From Candidatus Onthocola stercorigallinarum (lineage in GTDB: Bacteria > Bacillota_I > Bacilli_A > RF39 > UBA660), in contig DVMD01000095.1 of the NCBI GenBank assembly GCA_018715145.1, positions 1-54,740 on the forward strand: a stretch of DNA of 54,740 nt, read 5' to 3'. Position 1 is the stretch's first letter. Each line of letters begins with the position of its first letter. The position numbers and the translations under genes were made by a program. Under the pieces are notes generated by a model. It was given only the letters and a program-made list of their open reading frames with translations. It made no database searches and was not told the DNA's origin. Below, one piece after another: positions 1 to 7,742 of the stretch.

Positions 1-1992
1 AGTAATAACCTGTTTTCTTAACATGTTATAAGCATTTTCCATATCAGCTGTTGCTTGATAATATTCTCTTTGAACCTTTGATATAGCATCTTGATAACCA
101 GCACTGTCAAATACTTTTTGAGCAGTTAGCAAATCTGTTTTTTCAAATTTGTTTTTATCTACCAAACTAGCAAAATCAGTAAAGGAAGATCGACCTTGAA
201 TTTCTTTTTGCCATGCACCTAGACTTTGACCCTTCATATTGTTATAAACATCCATAAGTTTTTGATTATTTTTAAATGTCTTTTCAGCACTAACATTTTG
301 TATAATACCACTATCGTTAATATTTTTATCAACTAGTTTTTCAGCCTCATTAAGAACAGCATCATTTCCTTTTTTCAATGCCATAGCACTTTCGATAGCC
401 TTAGAATATTGATCTGCTCCACCAGTAGCCCATTGTTTTAAACCAGCAACAGCCCCTAAACCAACACCAGCTACACCTGCCACATATTTTGGAACTTTTA
501 CATTATGTTTCAATTCAAAATCTTCAACAGCAGCTTGTCTAGAATCTCTTTTATTCGCCCTCTGTTGCTTAGCTAATAATGCGGCAGTTATTCCAGAATT
601 AGTTGCACCAACTGCATCTTTAATATTTTTTGCTTTTAATCCAGATTTACCACTTCTTACAGCTCCAGAAGCAGCTCCAGCAAGTGTAGATGCCGCAGTA
701 CCTGCTACACCACCAGCCAAAGCTTTAAATTTTCCAAAACCGCCATTTGCTTTCTTCATATTAGCTCGAGTCGCACTAAATCCGGATGTCAAATTTCTTG
801 CTCCAGTAGTCAATCCACCACCAACAAAGGCACCACCAGCAAGAATACCTCCCATAGCAAGTTTGTCCATTATACCAAGTTTCATGCCACCCGTATCTAA
901 ATGGAACATGTCTCCAATCAACTTTGGAGCTTGTTTAATAAATATAATTACACCAATAATTAACAAACCAACAACTATTGCTTGTTTATGCCATGACAAA
1001 CCATTAACAGCTAATGAAGTTGTGCCAATTGCATCAACTACAATTTTAATTAAATATACTCCCAAATACATAATAGCGACTCGAATGAACACCTCTATAT
1101 AAACGCTAATAATTTGTTTTACCCATTTACTAAAGACATCCTTCATATTTCCGCCAGGCAATATCCTACAAATAATTGGTATTGGTGCTATTAATTCATA
1201 AAAAGCCAACTTAATTACTCGAATAGCCATATCAAAACAAAAAGATGCCAATACATAAACCAAAAATCCTCCAGCAATTGTTGTAATCAACATATAATAT
1301 GTAAGTCTACCATCAGCAGTAGATTCTCCATAATCACTATATGCAAAAAACGACGCTTCACCATTTAATACATTTTGATCAACTTCATAAAAAGCATCAC
1401 CATTGGTAAGTCCCCACCAGCCATTACCTTTAATCTTTTCAGTACAACTACCATCATCACCAGTTCCATAAGCACTTGCATAACCATGATTTTTTTCGCT
1501 ACACCAATCAGGATTAGGATAAAAAAACGATCTAAAAACATAATAAGACATCATTCTACCAGCATCATTCGTAACAGATTCATCGGCAGTTGCTGTACCT
1601 TCATAATCAACTTCAGTACTATCTCCCAAAATGAATTTTGGAATGGTATTATTATCTAAAATTGCCATTTGAAAATCCGTAGCAAATTCAAATATAGCTG
1701 GCATTACTACAATTAAAGCTAAAGATATTATTATATTTTTAATTAAATTAGGAAAAGACTTTTCACCTTTAGCAAAATCATCAGGATTCATTACTGCTCG
1801 TAATAATGAATACGATAAAACAAACATCATTATCAAGCCTAAAATAATATAAATTTTGCCAGTTATTTCTCCATATTGTTCAGAGTCAAAAATATTTAAT
1901 TTAGCTAAAAAATCAAATATATCATAAACATAGTCAACTAAAGAATATACTACCCCATCAAGAAATAACAAAAAATTGTAAATTACTTGCAT
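1..1992 (-). CDS. Polytopic membrane protein whose C-terminus runs off the left window edge; TrbL/VirB6-like conjugative channel component (tentative)
   Basis: Hand translation gives an uninterrupted reverse frame from ATG at 1992-1990 to base 1 (664 codons). It is missing from the ORF track because no stop lies in the window. The N-terminal ~330 aa hold several hydrophobic helices (IYIILGLIMMFVLSYSLL, IIISLALIVVMPAIF, LITTIAGGFLVYVLASF, VVGLLIIGVIIFI). A Gly/Ala-rich helical extension follows. The gene lies 1 nt from the upstream pilin-like ORF. Confidence 0.5.
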   Translation of the reverse strand, partial: MQVIYNFLLFLDGVVYSLVDYVYDIFDFLAKLNIFDSEQYGEITGKIYIILGLIMMFVLSYSLLRAVMNPDDFAKGEKSFPNLIKNIIISLALIVVMPAIFEFATDFQMAILDNNTIPKFILGDSTEVDYEGTATADESVTNDAGRMMSYYVFRSFFYPNPDWCSEKNHGYASAYGTGDDGSCTEKIKGNGWWGLTNGDAFYEVDQNVLNGEASFFAYSDYGESTADGRLTYYMLITTIAGGFLVYVLASFCFDMAIRVIKLAFYELIAPIPIICRILPGGNMKDVFSKWVKQIISVYIEVFIRVAIMYLGVYLIKIVVDAIGTTSLAVNGLSWHKQAIVVGLLIIGVIIFIKQAPKLIGDMFHLDTGGMKLGIMDKLAMGGILAGGAFVGGGLTTGARNLTSGFSATRANMKKANGGFGKFKALAGGVAGTAASTLAGAASGAVRSGKSGLKAKNIKDAVGATNSGITAALLAKQQRANKRDSRQAAVEDFELKHNVKVPKYVAGVAGVGLGAVAGLKQWATGGADQYSKAIESAMALKKGNDAVLNEAEKLVDKNINDSGIIQNVSAEKTFKNNQKLMDVYNNMKGQSLGAWQKEIQGRSSFTDFASLVDKNKFEKTDLLTAQKVFDSAGYQDAISKVQREYYQATADMENAYNMLRKQVIT

Positions 1993-1993
1993 A

Positions 1994-2413
1994 CTACCTT
2001 ATCACCCCAATCATACCTGTTAATTGGAATAAATCCAATAAGAAATTAATAACTATTGGCAAGAAAAATATCATTACACAATAAATAAATCTTTTCATAG
2101 TTGTAGTTCCAGCTTTTTTCAAAGCATCTTTATCTTCTGAAACTATAGCTTTAACAAAATCTGCAATACTAAAACCTAACAAACATATTATTGCTGCATA
2201 TTTTATAACATCCAAAATAATATTAATATAATATAATGGTTCACCAGGTGTATCACTACCAAGTACACTATTATAATCATCAAAAGAATGAATTACAGCT
2301 GAAAAAATATCTGTATCTGGCATTAAAACATTTGCACTTACATTTAATTTAAATGAAAAAAGAGCCAGAAAGATAGTGCTAAACATTAAAACGAATTTAT
2401 ACTTATTAAACAT
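1994..2413 (-). CDS. Small secreted/membrane protein with VirB2/TrbC-pilin-like topology (tentative)
   Basis: 139 aa. It has an N-terminal signal-like segment (FVLMFSTIFLALFSFKLNVSA) and two C-terminal hydrophobic helices. It sits directly upstream of the VirB6-like ORF. Confidence 0.4.
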   Translation of the reverse strand: MFNKYKFVLMFSTIFLALFSFKLNVSANVLMPDTDIFSAVIHSFDDYNSVLGSDTPGEPLYYINIILDVIKYAAIICLLGFSIADFVKAIVSEDKDALKKAGTTTMKRFIYCVMIFFLPIVINFLLDLFQLTGMIGVIR

Positions 2414-2454
2414 TTACTATCACTCCTGAACTCATATTTAGTTCATAATAAAAA

Positions 2455-2528
2455 TGGCAGGGGCGGAGAGAATCGAACTCCCATCAAAAGTTTTGGAGAC
2501 TCCTATGCTACCATTATACCACGCCCCT
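2455..2528 (-). tRNA. trnW: tRNA-Trp (anticodon CCA)
   Basis: The reverse complement reads AGGGGCG..GGAGT-CTCCAAA-ACTTT..GGGAG-TTCGATT-CTCTC-CGCCCCT-G-CCA. That gives a 7-bp acceptor stem, a CUCCAAA anticodon loop, a canonical T-arm and an encoded CCA. It closely resembles Bacillus tRNA-Trp. Confidence 0.85.
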
Positions 2529-2620
2529 ATATATGAACTAGCAATAAAATTATAACATATTTACTAATGATTTTACAATAAATTTTAACAAACTTTTAAA
2601 ATGAAAATATAAATTTTATA

Positions 2621-2974
2621 TTATTTAACTAATAAATTTGATTTTATACCAGTTTTAGGTAAACTTTTTTGTTTTTCTTTTTCAATTTCTTTTCTAGAAT
2701 CTGCATTTTGTACTATTAAATAACAAGCATATCTAGATAACTTATAATCTATAATATTTCCTAAAGTTTTAGAACCAATATCTACCATTTTATCCACTTG
2801 GGTAAAATGGTAGTTAACCATAAAATTACTTTGCTCACAAGCTGTTTTTGCATTATTTATTACATTTATAAACTTTTGCCATTTTTTATAATCTAAGGCC
2901 ATTTGCAATTCACGAGCAAAATAAAATTCATTTTCATCAATATATTTAATATCTTCAAAGCTTTCACAATACAT
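2621..2974 (-). CDS. DinD-like (DNA-damage-inducible protein D / BRO-N type) N-terminal domain protein, apparently C-terminally truncated
   Basis: 117 aa. The pattern FYFARELQMALDYKKWQKFINVINNAKTACEQS...HF..V.KMV.IGS...IIDYKLSRYACYLIVQNADSRKEI follows the DinD N-terminal pattern. The reading frame then ends early in a Lys-rich tail. Confidence 0.5.
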   Translation of the reverse strand: MYCESFEDIKYIDENEFYFARELQMALDYKKWQKFINVINNAKTACEQSNFMVNYHFTQVDKMVDIGSKTLGNIIDYKLSRYACYLIVQNADSRKEIEKEKQKSLPKTGIKSNLLVK

Positions 2975-3086
2975 TAATTGAAAGCTTTATCGATATATTA
3001 ACAGATTATACATTTTTTTCAATACTAAATGATATAATATTAAATTAAATTTTTGGCTAAATCACCAAAATGGTATTTTATTTAAA

Positions 3087-3671
3087 TCAATCAACTTTAT
3101 TTCTTATCCTTCTTTTAATATGTTCATCTAATTCTTCTCTTTGTTTGCTACATACAAATGATATAAATGCCGATATAACCGCTTCACTATCAACATACTC
3201 TCTATTATATAGACCATTAGTTAAATATCCCATTATTCCTAAATGTTGTTTATTATTACTATTACCTAAAATTTCTTCAATAACTTTATTTAAGGAACCA
3301 CCATTCTTTATATAATCAAACATTGTTTTAGACAGTCTAATTCCAAGAGACTTACCAGTTGATTTTTTACCAAGCTTATCTTCTGATACACAGTAGGTTA
3401 CTACAAAAGGGAGACCATTTTCATCAATAGAATACCCTCCCTCAATAGAACATAAGTAATCATAATCTATTTTATTTTCTAAAGCATATTCTTTTAAAGC
3501 TAAATTTCTATTTTCAGCTCCTCTTATTATTTCATAACCAATTGGTTTGCTACTTGTATTTGATGGTACATCTACAGAAATTATATTGTAATCTTGTATA
3601 CCTAATTTTGTTAAAGCCATATCAACTGCATTCTTTTTTGCGGGATTTTTACTTCCTAATAATATTTTCAT
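3087..3671 (-). CDS. Inosine/xanthosine triphosphatase (YjjX/DUF84 family non-canonical NTPase)
   Basis: MKILLGSKNPAKKNAV..., GAENR, SIEGG and MGYLTNGLYNR follow the YjjX pattern. The start is moved to the ATG at 3671, which has a GGAGG 5 nt upstream. The track start at 3683 lies within that RBS. Confidence 0.6.
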   Translation of the reverse strand: MKILLGSKNPAKKNAVDMALTKLGIQDYNIISVDVPSNTSSKPIGYEIIRGAENRNLALKEYALENKIDYDYLCSIEGGYSIDENGLPFVVTYCVSEDKLGKKSTGKSLGIRLSKTMFDYIKNGGSLNKVIEEILGNSNNKQHLGIMGYLTNGLYNREYVDSEAVISAFISFVCSKQREELDEHIKRRIRNKVD

Positions 3672-3757
3672 TACAACCTCCAAAGTTATATTTTATTATA
3701 TATAATCCTTAAAACATTTTCAAGTATTCATGCATAAAATACCATAGGTGATTTTTC

Positions 3758-3841
3758 ATGATTATTAGTTATACTGATACCGAAAGAGATTTACTAGCTA
3801 GAATAATGCGAGCTGAGGCTTTATCAGAAGGAAAGTCATAG
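3758..3841 (+). pseudogene. cwlJ: 5' fragment of a cwlJ/sleB-type spore cortex-lytic hydrolase gene, interrupted by the prophage
   Basis: AGGTG RBS, then ATG at 3758. It encodes MIISYTDTERDLLARIMRAEALSEG, then two phage-derived codons (KS) and TAG. DLLARIMRAEA..EG is the conserved N-terminal motif of Hydrolase_2 (CwlJ/SleB catalytic domain) proteins. Confidence 0.8.
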
Positions 3842-3849
3842 TTAGTATG
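3818..3849. other. attL of the prophage (core CAGAAGG at 3825-3831 plus the phage-side half-site CATAGTTAGTATG at 3837-3849)
   Basis: GCTTTATCAGAAGG (3818-3831) matches GCTTTACCAGAAGG (42573-42586) at 13 of 14 positions. Host cwlJ coding sequence lies on the left and phage DNA on the right. Confidence 0.8.
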
Positions 3850-3872
3850 TTTATAAAGATTCTGTTATTAAT

Positions 3873-4199
3873 ATGAAAAGTAAAAGAACTAAAGCAACTG
3901 ATATACCAATGTCAGTAAAAAAGAAAGTATTTGAGCGGGATCATGGTAGATGTGTAGTATGTGGTAATAGTTATAATGTTATGCCCAATGCACATGTGCT
4001 TTCACGAGCACATTCAGGCAAAGGAATAGAAACTAATGTAGTTACCTTATGTACCAATCTAACGCCAAATAAATGCCATTACAAATTTGACAACGGTACT
4101 AAAGAAGAAAGACAATTTATATTAGATAAGATTACTAAATATATGAAATCTATTTATGGGGATGATTGGAATATTGAAGACCAGAAATATAAAAAATAG
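3873..4199 (+). CDS. Small HNH/zinc-finger nuclease-like protein at the extreme left end of the prophage
   Basis: 108 aa with ERDHGRCVVCG ... NAHVLSRAH ... NVVTLC...NKCH (HNH-type beta-beta-alpha-metal signature with Cys pairs). It is the only plus-strand gene at this end, co-directional with the truncated cwlJ fragment and 31 nt downstream of it. Confidence 0.6.
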   Translation: MKSKRTKATDIPMSVKKKVFERDHGRCVVCGNSYNVMPNAHVLSRAHSGKGIETNVVTLCTNLTPNKCHYKFDNGTKEERQFILDKITKYMKSIYGDDWNIEDQKYKK

Positions 4200-4202
4200 C
4201 AT

Positions 4203-4237
4203 AAAAAAAGAACCTAGCCAAAATGACTAGGTTTTTA
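4203..4237. terminator. Bidirectional intrinsic terminator between convergent genes
   Basis: AAAAAAAG-AACCTAG-ccaaaatga-CTAGGTT-TTTTATT: a 7-bp stem flanked by an A-run and a T-run. Confidence 0.6.
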
Positions 4238-5095
4238 TTATTCTTGAAATCCGTACTTCTTAAGAGATTCTAAAGTAATAGGTCCAAAATATCCATCAAC
4301 AGTAGAATCATAGTTGCCTTCGAGTTTTGCTCTTCTTTGAAACTCTTTAATACTAGATTTTATATAAGGGCCATAAAATGGACCTAAAGCCTTTTCACTA
4401 GTGTATTTAGGAAAAGTTTTTAACATAAATTCAGCTATTCTATTTATGTTTGGATGTTCATCGCCATCTTTAAAATAGCCTAAGCCACCAAAGAAATCTT
4501 CTGTTGGTTCTTCGCTAATTTCTTCAGTTGGCATTTCCTTGAAATTGATTCCAGCATTATCTACGATTTCGGTTACAGACTTATCTACATAGAATACATC
4601 TTCAGGTTTTTGTGTGCCTTCTTTAGTTGTAAGAACCCAAAATTCATTACCTCCGACAACTTGCTTAGCCCAACCAGTTCCGCTAAGTTCGCCAAATCCA
4701 GCACAAACATGGTTATGATGTCCTGTAGAATTTGCATCTACCGCTTCGCTAACAACTTTTTGTCCTTGTTTGAAAGCATCTCCGACTTTAAGAACATTAA
4801 ATTCGCTAGCAGATATATGAGCGATTAAGATACTAACAATTTTATCCCCGCTAGGAGTCCTTACTTTATCTGTAGAAGTAATCCAAATATAATTAGAAAC
4901 AGCATCATATTTCCTTACTATTTTACAATCAAATGGTGCTATGAAGTATCCACCACTTCCTGCAGCACCATAAGTTTCGTCTACTGGATAATCTTTTTGA
5001 ATACTTGTAGTATGTCTTTTATGATTTCCTTCATTATAGCCTTGGCTTATTCTCATTTTATTTGCAAAATATTTTGAATATTGCATATTATTCAC
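4238..5095 (-). CDS. Endolysin: N-terminal peptidase-like catalytic domain (M23/LytM-like, tentative) plus C-terminal PG_binding_1 domain
   Basis: 285 aa. The C-terminus (IKEFQRRAKLEGNYDSTVDGYFGPITLESLKKYG) fits the peptidoglycan-binding repeat pattern. The N-terminal part has a His-rich motif, STGHHNHVCAG. The gene lies next to the holin at the prophage end. Confidence 0.7.
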   Translation of the reverse strand: MNNMQYSKYFANKMRISQGYNEGNHKRHTTSIQKDYPVDETYGAAGSGGYFIAPFDCKIVRKYDAVSNYIWITSTDKVRTPSGDKIVSILIAHISASEFNVLKVGDAFKQGQKVVSEAVDANSTGHHNHVCAGFGELSGTGWAKQVVGGNEFWVLTTKEGTQKPEDVFYVDKSVTEIVDNAGINFKEMPTEEISEEPTEDFFGGLGYFKDGDEHPNINRIAEFMLKTFPKYTSEKALGPFYGPYIKSSIKEFQRRAKLEGNYDSTVDGYFGPITLESLKKYGFQE

Positions 5096-5104
5096 TCTCC
5101 TTTA

Positions 5105-5275
5105 TTAACATGTTACTTTATATGGATATTCTGGTATTTTTTCTTTAGTTTCTTTTAATAAAATTGTATTAGGTAAACCTTGATTACCTTGTTTGCTTTT
5201 AAGTTCCTCATATTTACCTTTAATTATTAAAAGCTCTTTGTACTCTTCTAAAGAAATTGTTATTGTTTCTTGCAT
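5105..5275 (-). CDS. Small coiled-coil protein between holin and endolysin (below the ORF-track size cut-off)
   Basis: Hand translation: MQETITISLEEYKELLIIKGKYEELKSKQGNQGLPNTILLKETKEKIPEYPYKVTC (56 aa). The ATG directly abuts the holin stop (TAAATG), and a GGAG lies upstream. Confidence 0.4.
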   Translation of the reverse strand: MQETITISLEEYKELLIIKGKYEELKSKQGNQGLPNTILLKETKEKIPEYPYKVTC

Positions 5276-5539
5276 TTAATTCTCCTTTTTTACTATTTTT
5301 TCTAAATTATGGAATATGTCATAAGCTCCACCAGCCAATATACCACTTAAAGCAATTGCTGTACTAAAGTCTTTAGTTATAATCCATTCTATTATTGCGA
5401 TAATTAAGCCTATAGCGATGTTTTGTAGTGGGATAAGGTTAGTACTTATCCAACTGAATTTCTTTGCTAGAGCTCCCAAAATCCATGTTACAACGATTGT
5501 TACAATTGTTAGAATTTCTGTTAGTTCCATTTCTCTCAC
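5276..5539 (-). CDS. Holin
   Basis: 87 aa with three hydrophobic helices (ILTIVTIVVTWILGAL, LIPLQNIAIGLIIAIIEWII, AIALSGILAGGAY) and a charged C-terminus. It lies in the lysis-cassette position. Confidence 0.7.
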   Translation of the reverse strand: MREMELTEILTIVTIVVTWILGALAKKFSWISTNLIPLQNIAIGLIIAIIEWIITKDFSTAIALSGILAGGAYDIFHNLEKIVKKEN

Positions 5540-6168
5540 CTACCTTTCTCATTTATCATATCTTCGAGTTGTTCTTCAATAAAGAATTTTAAACGAAGTA
5601 TTTCTTGCTTTCCGTGTTCATCTATTGAGTATTTGTTTTTAACAAATTGTACTGCTAAAAATCCAATAGGTTCATTGCTTTTATTATTTAAAACAATATC
5701 ATAAAATGAATTAATGTTTTGACTCTTTTTTAATTGATATGTACTAGGCATAATTTCCTTTATTGAATCTAATTCTTTCACTTCCAAATATCCATCGTTT
5801 AACAATTGAGAAATAAATTTCGATAAACAACTTAATGGAATAGATTGTAATTGATTTTGTTTTGGAGCAATGCTATTTCTAATAACTTCATAAGAGCAAC
5901 TCGTTTTTAAAGCGCTTCTTCCATTTGCATAGTGACCACCATTATGAAAGTCATAAACCTGTACACGATCAGCATTTAAATATTCTTTTAATGAATCCAT
6001 TTTTTCGATTATAATATTATCATAAATTGCTTGTTTCCTAATTTTATTAGGTAATGTTTCAACCTCTTTTCTTGTATTTTTATAAACCTTTATAACAGCT
6101 ACCGTAACAGCTCCTATTGCGGTAATAAGGAGCGCTAGTCCAGTTATAAAATTCGCTATATTTTCTAT
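5536..6168 (-). CDS. Membrane-anchored GAF-like domain protein; probable non-AUG (ATA) start
   Basis: The track ORF 5536-6000 has a GAF-like pattern (ADRVQVYDFHNGG..., IPLS, EPIGFLAVQF). The frame stays open 56 codons further upstream and encodes a clear TM helix, FITGLALLITAIGAVTVAVI. An AGGAGG at 6177-6182 lies 8 nt upstream of an ATA codon at 6168. There is no in-frame ATG, GTG or TTG in this extension. Confidence 0.45.
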   Translation of the reverse strand: MENIANFITGLALLITAIGAVTVAVIKVYKNTRKEVETLPNKIRKQAIYDNIIIEKMDSLKEYLNADRVQVYDFHNGGHYANGRSALKTSCSYEVIRNSIAPKQNQLQSIPLSCLSKFISQLLNDGYLEVKELDSIKEIMPSTYQLKKSQNINSFYDIVLNNKSNEPIGFLAVQFVKNKYSIDEHGKQEILRLKFFIEEQLEDMINEKGR

Positions 6169-6183
6169 TTTGATTACCTCCTA

Positions 6184-6624
6184 TTATTTGAAACCGTAGA
6201 CTCTAATAACACTAAAGCAATCGTAGAAACCACCAGTTGCATCAACCAAATTAAATTGAAAACTATTACTAATAGTAATTTGATTGCTTGACAATACCAA
6301 TTTTGCTACTGCCATCCAATAAGCATTACTAGCGGTATTTACCATAGCACTTATTGAATAATCTTGCCCTTCTATATAAGGTACTAAAACACTAGATGGT
6401 GTATTTCCCCACCATCCTCCAACAATAAGAAGATATTTATAGTTTGCAAAATTATCCCCACTTGGCGTTGGTATATTTGTAGTAGAACTGCCACTATAAA
6501 GCAACTTACCTCGTAAATTTTGTAATACTTGATTTAATTTAGTTTCATTTTCTACTATTCCAGTTGAATCTATATAAGTTTCATTTTTGAATTTTATTGA
6601 TTTAGACATATTATTTTTTTGCAA
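6184..6624 (-). CDS. Distal tail/receptor-binding candidate, paralogue of 6630-7052
   Basis: 146 aa. The N-terminus SIKFKNETYIDSTGIV parallels KAVKFKNNYYIDSDSV of the neighbouring gene. It lies at the end of the tail-fibre module. Confidence 0.4.
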   Translation of the reverse strand: MQKNNMSKSIKFKNETYIDSTGIVENETKLNQVLQNLRGKLLYSGSSTTNIPTPSGDNFANYKYLLIVGGWWGNTPSSVLVPYIEGQDYSISAMVNTASNAYWMAVAKLVLSSNQITISNSFQFNLVDATGGFYDCFSVIRVYGFK

Positions 6625-6629
6625 TTATT

Positions 6630-7052
6630 TTAAAAAGCAATTCCATAAATTCTATGCGGAACTAATTTGTTAGGATATGTTGAAAAAGCAGAATATCCAT
6701 TAATACCGTAAGAATAACAATTTGTAAAATGAATATCATTGCCAGCAAACCAAACGCTTCTTCTAAAAAGCCTATCCGCATTATCTGCCCAGTCTTCAGC
6801 AAATAAATACCCTGTTCCTGCAGTATTGGCTACCATCAAAATACATACATTTTCTATTGTTTTAATAATTACAAATTGGTATCCATCACAATTTACTCCT
6901 ATATTACCTTCTTCGAATGAAGAATAATTCAGTTCTTTAATTAGTTGTATTCTCACCCGACTATTTAAAATATTTTTTAAACTTTCGCGATTATGGATTA
7001 CGGAATCGCTATCAATATAATAATTATTTTTAAATTTAACTGCTTTAGCCAT
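6630..7052 (-). CDS. Distal tail/receptor-binding candidate, paralogue of 6184-6624
   Basis: 140 aa. It shares the N-terminal KFKN.YIDS motif with the downstream gene. Confidence 0.4.
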   Translation of the reverse strand: MAKAVKFKNNYYIDSDSVIHNRESLKNILNSRVRIQLIKELNYSSFEEGNIGVNCDGYQFVIIKTIENVCILMVANTAGTGYLFAEDWADNADRLFRRSVWFAGNDIHFTNCYSYGINGYSAFSTYPNKLVPHRIYGIAF

Positions 7053-7067
7053 TTAAGTTGTGTTTAA

Positions 7068-7547
7068 TTATGCTGTTCTTAACCATACATAACAAGTTAT
7101 AAAAGGTTGTAAATTGTTATGAGGTCGATTTCCACCAGAATTTTGTACTCCCCAACCTGTAAATTCTCCAGTAGTAGGATTATTAGCATCTTTAACCGGG
7201 TATCTTTGTCCAGAATAATAATCAATACCATAACCTGCTCTAAGTCCGCCGGCTCCAGCATTGGCTGCAATATTAGGGATATGATTATGGCTTGGCATTT
7301 CATTGACATTCAATGTATGTTTCTTTTCTCCACCAGTTTTTTTTACAGCGTTAAATTCACTTTGAGATGTATCAACACACACTATTGTTCTGCCAGGTCC
7401 AAACAACGACCAAGTTCCATAGCCTAATCTTATTTTAGGATTTTCTGAATTGGTTGTTAAATATAAATCTCCAACAGCATAATACGGGATTGGATAAAAT
7501 GGTTCATTTAGTATCTTAAGATTACCACCACGCCCCATAATATCCAC
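7068..7547 (-). CDS. Phage tail-collar domain protein
   Basis: 159 aa. The motif LNVNEMPSHNH and the overall Gly-rich pattern match the tail-collar (MdpB-like) family. The RBS is GAGGTGG. Confidence 0.65.
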   Translation of the reverse strand: MDIMGRGGNLKILNEPFYPIPYYAVGDLYLTTNSENPKIRLGYGTWSLFGPGRTIVCVDTSQSEFNAVKKTGGEKKHTLNVNEMPSHNHIPNIAANAGAGGLRAGYGIDYYSGQRYPVKDANNPTTGEFTGWGVQNSGGNRPHNNLQPFITCYVWLRTA

Positions 7548-7556
7548 CTCGTATGT

Positions 7557-7742
7557 TTAAACACATACACCCCCTATCGTAAGGGTTTGGAGAGCAATTA
7601 AACCAATGATTGCCCTCCTTTCGCATATTTTTTTGAACGCGCAAGTATGTTCGTTTCGTTTCGTTTCGTTTCGTTTCGTTTCGTTTAAGGATAAAACAAA
7701 TCGAAACATCGTGTCAATACTTTTCTTAATTTTTTTCAACAT
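7557..7742 (-). CDS. Small ORF containing a pentanucleotide repeat (NETKRNETKRNE)
   Basis: 61 aa. A strong RBS (GGAGGAATAAAAATG) follows immediately after the stop of the upstream tail gene. The C-terminal half overlaps GC-rich hairpins, so coding status is uncertain. Confidence 0.4.
   Translation of the reverse strand: MLKKIKKSIDTMFRFVLSLNETKRNETKRNEHTCAFKKICERRAIIGLIALQTLTIGGVCV
7651..7686. repeat. Tandem pentanucleotide repeat (TCGTT/CGTTT) x7
   Basis: Read directly: tcgtt tcgtt tcgtt tcgtt tcgtt tcgtt tcgtt t. On the coding strand this is (AAACG)7. Confidence 0.95.

Noticed and set aside
863-1659. Plus-strand ORFs 863-1102 and 1375-1659
   Set aside because: They are antisense to the long uninterrupted minus-strand VirB6-like frame. 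They have low-complexity Ile/Thr/Ser composition typical of AT-rich antisense frames.
1-2413. The T4SS-like genes as part of the prophage
   Set aside because: They lie outside the att junctions. A tRNA, a DinD-like fragment and a housekeeping NTPase separate them from the phage.
7651-7686. The tandem repeat as a CRISPR array or minisatellite
   Set aside because: The unit is only 5 nt with no spacers, and no cas genes are present. It is a simple-sequence repeat.
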